Assembly (NCBI GenBank): GCA_964452145.1
Contig: CAYVLA010000044.1
Span: forward strand, 15,755 to 26,515
Source of the DNA: Candidatus Hadarchaeota archaeon
GTDB taxonomy: Archaea > CAYQAE01 > CAYVLA01
DNA: 10,761 nucleotides
Reading direction: 5' to 3'
The notes beneath the pieces are model-generated. The model ran no database searches and was not told the DNA's origin. It saw only the letters and a list, made by a program, of their open reading frames with translations. Position numbers and translations under genes: made by a program. Positions 1-6,972 of this stretch are shown here, piece after piece. How positions within the stretch are numbered: the stretch's first letter is position 1; every line of letters begins with the position of its first letter.

Positions 1-2
1 GA

Positions 3-128
3 CTGCTGGAGATGGTAGCCTCAGACCCACTCCGAGCCTCGGAAGCTTTTCGTCTGGATCTCCGCGTCCGCTACCCGAAGAAACGGCGGATACTTTTATC
101 ACCGAGGCACGGCAGGACCCGCCGATGA
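3..128 (+). CDS. Possible 3' end of an upstream gene (partial), stop overlapping the next start (ATGA)
   Basis: The frame is open from the window edge (LLEMVASDPLRASEAFRLDLRVRYPKKRRILLSPRHGRTRR) to TGA at 126-128. This could be chance, and it competes with the promoter interpretation of 92-99. Confidence 0.2.
   Translation: MLEMVASDPLRASEAFRLDLRVRYPKKRRILLSPRHGRTRR
92..99 (+). promoter_or_regulatory. Putative archaeal-type TATA box (ACTTTTAT) for the GH67-like/GxGYxYP pair
   Basis: AT-rich box in a GC-rich context. TTTTAT lies 26-31 nt upstream of ATG 125, and purine-rich GAAGAAA lies upstream. The spacing fits a leaderless transcript. Confidence 0.45.
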
Positions 129-2101
129 AGCCCTTCAAGCTGGACTCCGATTGTGCGGTCGATCTGGGCGAGAAACCGACAGACGTCGAGGAGACCGCTC
201 TTGAGGAGCTAGCGCGATTCCTGACGACCATCTTCGGTGCCTTCGGCGGCTCAGGCAACCGGATAGTGATGGGGACGCCCAGCACGAATTCCGTGATCAG
301 GGATGTGGCACAGGAATTGAGCCTTGACGGACTGACGGCCGAGGGATTCGTCGTGGACCAAGACGGTCTCTCCAACAAGCAGCACTTGATCATCGCGAGC
401 AAAACGGGAAGGGGAGTCCTGTATGGTGTTTACACGATCCTTGAGCTCATGGGTGCTTCATTCGCACTTCTTGAGCCAAGCCTCCCGAGATTGGCGAACT
501 TCAGATTACGGACTCCCATCAGGGATCAGCCAGCATTCCCCATCAGATGCGCCAGCGGCGTGGTTTGCTCGGCAGCTCAGATCCCATGGTACGCAAGAAA
601 CCGGTTTAATAGGATCTACGTCCACAGCGATGGGGCAGACTTCGAGAAGCTTGCGGCAGAGGCTCAACGCTTCGGCATTGAGATGGGGATCTCGGGAAGC
701 GACTTTACGCTCGCAGAGGATGCACTCGAACCTCCCCTGAATCCGAGGACCGGCCACACGCTTTGCGCCGCCATGGACGAGACCTGGGACTATTGGGTTC
801 GCCTCATAGAGCGTCGGCTCAGGGGCCACCCCTCCTGCAGAGCATACAGCTTTCGACTCACCGACTTCCGCCCCAATCCCATCTTCCTGACCTGTGAGGA
901 GTGCGCGTCGATCCATCCTGCCGAGAGGGCCATCAAGGCCATACGCCTTGCCAACGACCTAGCCCTCAGGAACTCGGCCAGGTTATCATTCAGGACGTGG
1001 GGACTCGACTTCATGGACGAGGCCTACACCGATGACCCCCACCAAGTGACCTACGGCTGGAATCCTGACCTGCACCTGGGCAGGGTTGTGAACGAGACCC
1101 CTCCGGAGGTGGAGTTCGTTACCAAGGAGACTTGGGGGGACTTCATGATAACGTACCCCCCGAACAAGTGGATAGGCCGCTGCAGCCCGCACAATCAACT
1201 GGTAGAGTTCCAGGTCGAGCCTGCCGAGTACCGGGGGAATGACACAATTCCGTGCAGCATGGTGGAGAGATGGGCCAGGGTAATGAAACTGGCCAGGGAT
1301 CATTCGGTCGAAGGGGTGTGGGCATGCTCATGGGGTACAAGCCTCGCCACCCCGAGCGATGCGCCGATCGGGGAGATTGTGAATAGCATCAATAGATACG
1401 CTTTCGCCAAGCTAAGCTGGAACCCCGGGATCGATGCCCGGGCCATCTACGACCAATGGGCAAGAAGGGTCTTCCCCGAGTGTGCAGGAGAGATCGTCGA
1501 GCTGATGAGGCTTTCCACCCGGGCGGTTGAGAAGATGATGTATGTCCTTGGGCAGAGATTCAACAGCCACTCGGGCATCTCCAGCACCATCCATCATGTG
1601 AAATGGTGCTTCCACCACTACGGCTTCCACGACAATGGAGGGAAGGTGACCCGCGAGATGCTGAAGCCCTCCGAGCGGAACCTTCGGAAGGTGATGGAAG
1701 AGAAGGACGAAGCACTCCAGATCGTCGGCAAGAATCAGGACTTGCTTGAGGGAATCAGAAACCGGATGAACCCTGCAAGTCATGCAGCCCTGTCCGAGAT
1801 GCTGGAGGAGATGAGGAAACTCGCCGCCCTCTGGAAGGAGTACGCCCGCTCTTTCTTCATTCACGGGATGCTTGCAGAATGCTGGAGCGCGGCGGACGCA
1901 GACAGGCTCAGGCAATCCTGCCAATCCATGTCCGAGATCGCTGAGGCCTTGGACGACAACAGCGGGTTCTCTGGGATCCTTTGGAGAGGGGCCCAATCAC
2001 CCTCCCTTCAGGCAAACATGCGGTCCGCGGTGGCTTCCCTTGTCAAGGAGTACCTGGATTTTCTGGCCTCCAAGGAACCGGTCAAGGCCCAGGGGACGTG
2101 A
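125..2101 (+). CDS. Divergent GH67 (alpha-glucuronidase)-like putative glycoside hydrolase, 658 aa
   Basis: The N-terminal segment (LIIASKTGRGVLYGVYTILE...DQPAFPIR) resembles the accessory domain of GH67/GH20/GH115. Later motifs parallel GH67 in order: LSFRTW (cf. IWRAFVY), TKETWGDF (cf. KNGPxDFQ), VEFQVEPAEYRG (cf. ELQITQEYxG) and INRYAFAKLSWNPGIDARAIYDQWARRVF (cf. ANWYAFGRLAWxP...IxxEW). No signal peptide is evident. Confidence 0.75.
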   Translation: MKPFKLDSDCAVDLGEKPTDVEETALEELARFLTTIFGAFGGSGNRIVMGTPSTNSVIRDVAQELSLDGLTAEGFVVDQDGLSNKQHLIIASKTGRGVLYGVYTILELMGASFALLEPSLPRLANFRLRTPIRDQPAFPIRCASGVVCSAAQIPWYARNRFNRIYVHSDGADFEKLAAEAQRFGIEMGISGSDFTLAEDALEPPLNPRTGHTLCAAMDETWDYWVRLIERRLRGHPSCRAYSFRLTDFRPNPIFLTCEECASIHPAERAIKAIRLANDLALRNSARLSFRTWGLDFMDEAYTDDPHQVTYGWNPDLHLGRVVNETPPEVEFVTKETWGDFMITYPPNKWIGRCSPHNQLVEFQVEPAEYRGNDTIPCSMVERWARVMKLARDHSVEGVWACSWGTSLATPSDAPIGEIVNSINRYAFAKLSWNPGIDARAIYDQWARRVFPECAGEIVELMRLSTRAVEKMMYVLGQRFNSHSGISSTIHHVKWCFHHYGFHDNGGKVTREMLKPSERNLRKVMEEKDEALQIVGKNQDLLEGIRNRMNPASHAALSEMLEEMRKLAALWKEYARSFFIHGMLAECWSAADADRLRQSCQSMSEIAEALDDNSGFSGILWRGAQSPSLQANMRSAVASLVKEYLDFLASKEPVKAQGT

Positions 2102-2105
2102 AGAC

Positions 2106-3761
2106 TTGGAGTGCAGATGGATACCCGCCTTTCAGCGACCCGATCACCTTCTTGTCAGCGATCTTTCCGACCGAGACCCTGCCTTCCAGGCGACCATGGC
2201 CTGCTTCCAGGGGCTGGTGAACAGAGGTAAGCCCTCCATCTATTTGGTCTACGACAAGGAGAACCGCTGTTATCCCGAGTCAGGCTCCGCAGACCGCGCC
2301 TGGGCGCTTCACTACTCGTCAAGATACAACGTGGCTCTGGAGGAACTGGAGCCAGTTGAGATCCTCCGATGCTTGAGGCGTGTAGTCAAAGGCTGCGTCA
2401 TCTGGGATCCCGAGGTGGGCGACACTCTGAACATCGCCTCTACCATGGCCGGCCTCCACGATGTCATCCCTGTTCCGCCTGATCTCGCCGCTCTCACGAA
2501 CGATCTGGGCATACCAACATGGCAAGACCTCAGGGGAAGATGGAGAAACGGAATCGAGGCATACCGCTGGGCGATCGACCACCTCATGCCCCTATGCAGC
2601 GACCGGATCGTGGGACATGTGCAGGTTCCCGTCAATCCGAGAAGCCCCATAAGGCGCTTCGGGACATCAATCAGAGATCTCCTCGTCGCCTCCAAGGCAT
2701 TTGTGTTTTCGGTTGGTACCACTCCGGTGGAGGGTCCAAGCGACGATCCGATGAGGCGGCCACTCTGGCCAGGCAGCAATGAGGAGAAGGATCTGGTTCA
2801 GCGAATATACTCCCATTTGCGGCCGCCGGCCCTGATCTTCGGATGGATCACAACGGCCATGGATGAGAATGTCTATGTTTCGACCAACTCCAGCTTCGGA
2901 CACCTTACGCTCTGCGGGATGAACAACTCCGGCAACTTCACTGTGCACGCCGCGATCCCCGGCCGAAGCCCAAGAACTCAGAAGCTGCCGGCCCAACTCC
3001 CGCCCCTTGAGAGGAAGGTATACGTGTGCTTTGCCCTCTCCGATGGGGATGCTCTGTGGAACATCAACCTTAGGATGCACGGGGAGTGGGACCGGCCCGG
3101 AAGAGGTAGCATCCCCTTCGGGTGGACCTTTCAACCCCTCCTAGCAGAGCTCGCCCCGGGCATCGTCGAGTTCTTCGTGGAAACCTCGATGCACAACGAT
3201 TGCCTAGTTGCCGGCCCATCGGGGGCCGGGTACTTCAAGCCATCCAGAATGCCCAATCTGCACGAATGTCTGAGTCTGACCGAGGGCTACATGGATGCCT
3301 GCGGCATCAACGTGATCATGGGGCTCATTGACGAGCCGGTGGCACCCAGAAGGGACCCGGCCATCCCGGGCATCTACATGCGCAGCCTACCGTCCCTCTT
3401 GGGCTGCGTGGAGGGATATGCGTCCACCTACGATTTCGATCAGGCCTACCTCGAGCAGATCCTGTGGATCGGGGACCGGCCTTGGATGAACAACGTCTGC
3501 CGCATGAACTTCACATGGCAGGAGCCCATGAGCGCGGACAAGATTGCCGCGACCCTTCAGTACCTGGCATCCCGCGAGCCTATCCGGCCACTCTTCATTC
3601 CGATGCATCTGCCGGTGACGAACAAGGCTACCTACTCCATGTGCGTCGAAGCCTTGGGCAAACTGGACGATCGTTTCGTTGTGGTCAGGCCGGATGCCCT
3701 CATGCTCCTCCTGCGACAGGCACGCGAGAAAGGAATGCTGACTCGGCCGGCCGAAAGGTGA
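2106..3761 (+). CDS. GxGYxYP-domain putative glycoside hydrolase, about 551 aa
   Basis: Family motifs: FQGLVNRGKPSIYL, VKGCVIWDP, YVCFALSDGD, RGSIPFGWT...LAELAP and NDCLVAGPSGAGYFKP. The start is re-called to TTG at 2106, 4 nt after the upstream stop and preceded by GGGGA/GTGA. The ORF-track start at 1872 overlaps the upstream gene by 230 nt and gives a non-protein-like Pro/Arg-rich N-terminus. Confidence 0.85.
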   Translation: MECRWIPAFQRPDHLLVSDLSDRDPAFQATMACFQGLVNRGKPSIYLVYDKENRCYPESGSADRAWALHYSSRYNVALEELEPVEILRCLRRVVKGCVIWDPEVGDTLNIASTMAGLHDVIPVPPDLAALTNDLGIPTWQDLRGRWRNGIEAYRWAIDHLMPLCSDRIVGHVQVPVNPRSPIRRFGTSIRDLLVASKAFVFSVGTTPVEGPSDDPMRRPLWPGSNEEKDLVQRIYSHLRPPALIFGWITTAMDENVYVSTNSSFGHLTLCGMNNSGNFTVHAAIPGRSPRTQKLPAQLPPLERKVYVCFALSDGDALWNINLRMHGEWDRPGRGSIPFGWTFQPLLAELAPGIVEFFVETSMHNDCLVAGPSGAGYFKPSRMPNLHECLSLTEGYMDACGINVIMGLIDEPVAPRRDPAIPGIYMRSLPSLLGCVEGYASTYDFDQAYLEQILWIGDRPWMNNVCRMNFTWQEPMSADKIAATLQYLASREPIRPLFIPMHLPVTNKATYSMCVEALGKLDDRFVVVRPDALMLLLRQAREKGMLTRPAER

Positions 3762-3828
3762 ATGCAACGGGCCTATGGTCGACCACGACTCGCGACGAAG
3801 GATAGAAAGGATGCAGCTCAATCGCAAG

Positions 3829-3836
3829 ACTTAAGA
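3829..3836 (+). promoter_or_regulatory. Putative TATA-like promoter box ACTTAAGA upstream of the sulfatase
   Basis: Begins 46 nt upstream of ATG 3875. An identical octamer lies upstream of the GH63-like gene. Confidence 0.5.
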
Positions 3837-3874
3837 CGGCGTGATGGCGACTGGGCACCATCAGAGTTGGTGGA

Positions 3875-5212
3875 ATGAAGGTTGTGTATTTCGATCTTGA
3901 TACCACGAGGCCCGATCACCTACACTGCTACGGCTACGGCCGCGATACATGCCCCAACATAGACCGGCTTGCCAAGGAGGGCGTCAGATTCACCAACCAC
4001 TTCTGCTCCGATGCGCCGTGCGTTCCCTCGAGGGGCGCAACCTTCACAGGACAGTTCGGAATCAAGACCGCCATAGTTACCCATGGGGACACCGTTCAGA
4101 GGATTCCCCATCCCGAAACCCTTCTGCAGCACGTCCTCGCTGTCAACGGACTCCCAGGCACCTCCATCTCCACCTTCTCGGGTCAGGCCGACTGGTTCCA
4201 CAAGGGGTGGGAGACCTACATCCGCCCCGCGGTGGGGACCCATTTGCAGAGGGTCCTCGCCAAAGACATCAACCGATACGCGATTCCCTGGATTGAGCAC
4301 CACTGGGACGAGGATTTCTTCCTATTCGTCCATTACTGGGACCCCCACACACCTTACAACATGCCGGTTGACTACGGCGAGAGATTCCATGACTGCAAGC
4401 CTCTGGACTATCCCGATGCGGAGACGATCGAGAAAGACCAAGCTCTGGACGCGCCCTTTGCCGCTCCGAAACGACCGATAGCGACCCCGGAGGATTTCCA
4501 GCGATGGATTTCCAGGTACGACGGCGAGATCTACTATGCCGACATGCACATCGGGCAGATCCTGGACAAGATGGAGGAAGTCGGGATCTTGGATGAGACC
4601 CTAATCATCGTGACGAGTGATCACGGAGAGCAGCAAGGCCACCAGGGAGTTTACGGCGACCACGTCTCGGCGTACGATGGCGTGATCCGAATACCCCTCA
4701 TCATGAGGTATCCCGACCACCTGCCAACCGGACAGGTCATAGAAGACTTCACGTACGGCCTGGATGTTGGCCCCACAATCATGGAACTCATGGGCATCGA
4801 GAAGCCCACAATGTACGACGGGGCCTCGCTCCTGCCGCTGGTGAGGGGAGAGGCGGAGGGCAGGGACTACGTGGTCTGCGGACATGGATTGTGGACGGCC
4901 CAAAGGGCAATCCGAACCAAGAGGTGGAAACTGGTCAAGACACTTCATCCCGGGTTCTGGCCATACAAGGAAACCGAGCTCTACGAAATAAACAGCGATC
5001 CGAACGAGACTACCGATCTTGCCTGGGAGCAACCCGAGATTGTCAAGGAACTCGAACTCAAGCTCTCCAAGTGGGTCCAGGCCTCCATCCCGGGCGGCCC
5101 AGACCCGCTCCAGACCGTTGCGGGCGAGGGACCTCCCGGCTTTCGGTCCAGGCTACGAAAGCTGCAGGGGACCCAATCCCTCAAGCCAAAGCCGTCATCT
5201 GCGGGCAACTGA
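3875..5212 (+). CDS. Formylglycine-dependent (S1, Cys-type) sulfatase, 445 aa
   Basis: N-terminal metal-binding motif FDLDTTRPDHL; signature CVPSRGATFTG (CxPxR, Cys49, nt 4019-4033); FFLFVHYWDPHTPY; YDGEIYYAD; IIVTSDHG; GDH; IRTKRWKL; ELYEINSDPNETTDL. GGTGG RBS-like sequence lies just upstream. No signal peptide. Confidence 0.95.
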   Translation: MKVVYFDLDTTRPDHLHCYGYGRDTCPNIDRLAKEGVRFTNHFCSDAPCVPSRGATFTGQFGIKTAIVTHGDTVQRIPHPETLLQHVLAVNGLPGTSISTFSGQADWFHKGWETYIRPAVGTHLQRVLAKDINRYAIPWIEHHWDEDFFLFVHYWDPHTPYNMPVDYGERFHDCKPLDYPDAETIEKDQALDAPFAAPKRPIATPEDFQRWISRYDGEIYYADMHIGQILDKMEEVGILDETLIIVTSDHGEQQGHQGVYGDHVSAYDGVIRIPLIMRYPDHLPTGQVIEDFTYGLDVGPTIMELMGIEKPTMYDGASLLPLVRGEAEGRDYVVCGHGLWTAQRAIRTKRWKLVKTLHPGFWPYKETELYEINSDPNETTDLAWEQPEIVKELELKLSKWVQASIPGGPDPLQTVAGEGPPGFRSRLRKLQGTQSLKPKPSSAGN

Positions 5213-5484
5213 GGCCGGACAGCGGTATCGAGGAAACGTTCAAAGGGAGCCATAACCTGCCCCGATCTGCATATATACCATCCAAGCCTACAAGAACGGC
5301 GAATGTACCCTCACAGGTAAGTCCGCCTCTGTTGGCTACGACCCAGAAGGGCACTACGACCTCTCCTTCTAGTCTGCGTCCTGAGGGACAACGGCAGGAA
5401 CACAGGCACACCAGGGACCACCCGAGGTCAGCCAAGTCATCGACTCACAGGGAGCCGGCTGGGTCTACATTCTCGAGAGCTCAT

Positions 5485-6603
5485 TCAGGACTCGCGGCTT
5501 TCCCATCGCACCTTCTTCCAAGCCGTCCTGAAGAGAGCAGCGCTGGCGTCCCAGGGATCGCCGACTTCACCGGAAAGGTAGTGTAGAATGGCGATCGTGA
5601 TCCACGGGCTATCCCTGACATAGCGCAGGGCTTCGCTAAGGTACGATGTCTTGGTCTCCATCTGGGAAGGGTCTTGGGCAGACGCCTTCCAGCCGTACTC
5701 AGTCACCCAGATGGGTTTCTCGCCATCTCCCATGGAAACCATCAACTCCCGGATCTCATCGACCCAGGTGTAGTTCAGGGCCTGGCCCGCGGGGCCGTGT
5801 CCCATCTCCTCGCCTCCCCCGTAGGGGTGGATGCAGACGGCGTCAAATGATCCGTTGGCCCCGCATTCGTAGAGGGTTCTCAGGAACTGCGTCTTCGATT
5901 CGAGGCCTCCGACGGCCACCTGCGCCTCGGGATCAACGGACTTCACCGCTTGGTAGGTCACAGCAAGGAACCTGGCGTAGAGGCTGGAGTTCCCTCCCCA
6001 GATGACGTCGACCGCCGTCCCTGACGTGTCTCGCTCAAGGATTGGCCAACCCATCCCGTCAGGCTCGTTCCAGTACTCATAGTACCTGACCTTCCCCTTG
6101 AATCTCCGGGCGAGCCTCTTTACCCATTCCCCGTATTCTTTCAGGTGTTCCTCTTGAGGCTGCATAACCCCCTTGAAGTGGCCCAGACCTCTCTTGGAGA
6201 GGAAATCCAGATCTCCTTGAGACAGACCATTGGCCCAGATCGGGGTACCTGTGATCAGCAAGATCGGCTCAAGCCCCCATCGCAAAGCCGATTCGACGTT
6301 ATAATCGGCAACGGACCAGTCGTATCCCTTTCCCTTCTCGGGCTCCGATAGATCCCAGTGAGCCGAGATTCGAACGCTCTCGAGGTTCAACGCGTCGATG
6401 ATGGTCCGCAGCCATTCGTAGTCCTTGTCAAGATCCATCATAGCGCCGTAGACCAGATTTGTGTCGTAGTCCGTGTAGGCCAAACTCACAGGAGGCCGCC
6501 TTCGGGCTCCTTGCATCGCCAAGATGGCCGTGAAGGCCAGCACCGCGAACGCCACCGACAATGCAACCCACCTGCGTCCTCTGATAGGCCCAGTTTCTGG
6601 CAT
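5485..6603 (-). CDS. Membrane-anchored or secreted clan GH-A glycoside hydrolase (GH5/GH39-like), 372 aa
   Basis: Basic N-terminus followed by a hydrophobic helix (RGRRWVALSVAFAVLAFTAILAM). Motifs: WDLSEPEKGKGYDWS, TPIWA, YYEYWNEPD (acid/base Glu180), YQAVKSVDPEAQV, FDAVCIHPY and KPIWVTEYGW (nucleophile Glu302). Confidence 0.88.
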   Translation of the reverse strand: MPETGPIRGRRWVALSVAFAVLAFTAILAMQGARRRPPVSLAYTDYDTNLVYGAMMDLDKDYEWLRTIIDALNLESVRISAHWDLSEPEKGKGYDWSVADYNVESALRWGLEPILLITGTPIWANGLSQGDLDFLSKRGLGHFKGVMQPQEEHLKEYGEWVKRLARRFKGKVRYYEYWNEPDGMGWPILERDTSGTAVDVIWGGNSSLYARFLAVTYQAVKSVDPEAQVAVGGLESKTQFLRTLYECGANGSFDAVCIHPYGGGEEMGHGPAGQALNYTWVDEIRELMVSMGDGEKPIWVTEYGWKASAQDPSQMETKTSYLSEALRYVRDSPWITIAILHYLSGEVGDPWDASAALFRTAWKKVRWESRES

Positions 6604-6630
6604 GTCTATGGCTCCCGGATCCCCAGCTGC

Positions 6631-6638
6631 ATCAAAGC
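6631..6638 (-). promoter_or_regulatory. Putative TATA-like box GCTTTGAT upstream of the GH-A gene
   Basis: TTTGAT lies 28-33 nt upstream of ATG 6603 on the minus strand. There is no strong RBS directly before the ATG, which fits a leaderless or short-leader transcript. Confidence 0.35.
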
Positions 6639-6924
6639 GTGCACCTTCTGTGGATAGGCCCTGGTCAGAAAAACCTTGCCAGTGCGCTACCCGAAATCCA
6701 TTCTGGGGGCTTCATCTGGCGGATCGGTGGTCAAGCCGGCCGACTGACGGATCCCATCAGTGAAACGCGCGTGAGGGAAAGGAGGTCCATGCCACTTTGG
6801 CACCTGGACCGCTTGGTCTGAGGTGCTCTTTGCCTTAGGAACCCTGCCTAGCATGCCCAATCATGCTTCCGTCTTCGGGATCCGTAGGCAAAGCTGTAGA
6901 CGCATTCAGACCGTGCACTGCAGC

Positions 6925-6932
6925 ACTTAAGA
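6925..6932 (+). promoter_or_regulatory. Putative TATA-like promoter box ACTTAAGA upstream of the GH63-like gene
   Basis: Begins 48 nt upstream of ATG 6973 and is followed by the inverted repeat ACATCA-N3-TGATGT (6935-6949). Confidence 0.5.
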
Positions 6933-6972
6933 GCACATCACCTTGATGTCGGTACGTAGATGTCCTGACCGA

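Noticed and set aside
1872..2105. N-terminal extension of the 629-aa ORF given in the ORF track
   Set aside because: It overlaps the preceding gene by 230 nt in another frame and has low-quality Pro/Arg-rich sequence. Family similarity starts only after 2106.
4891..5586. 231-aa plus-strand ORF spanning the sulfatase end and the convergent gap
   Set aside because: It overlaps two well-supported genes and has low-complexity Pro/Arg/Ser/Thr composition, with no evidence for a frameshifted extension.
69..6695. 11-bp direct repeat CGCTACCCGAA at 69-79 and 6685-6695
   Set aside because: Matches of this length are expected by chance in 10 kb, and its position and orientation relative to the nearest starts are inconsistent.
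6604..6924. Possible structured ncRNA or riboswitch in the long intergenic region
   Set aside because: I found only short, imperfect GC pairings and no recognisable tRNA, riboswitch or C/D-box pattern. An Infernal/Rfam scan would be needed to exclude it fully.
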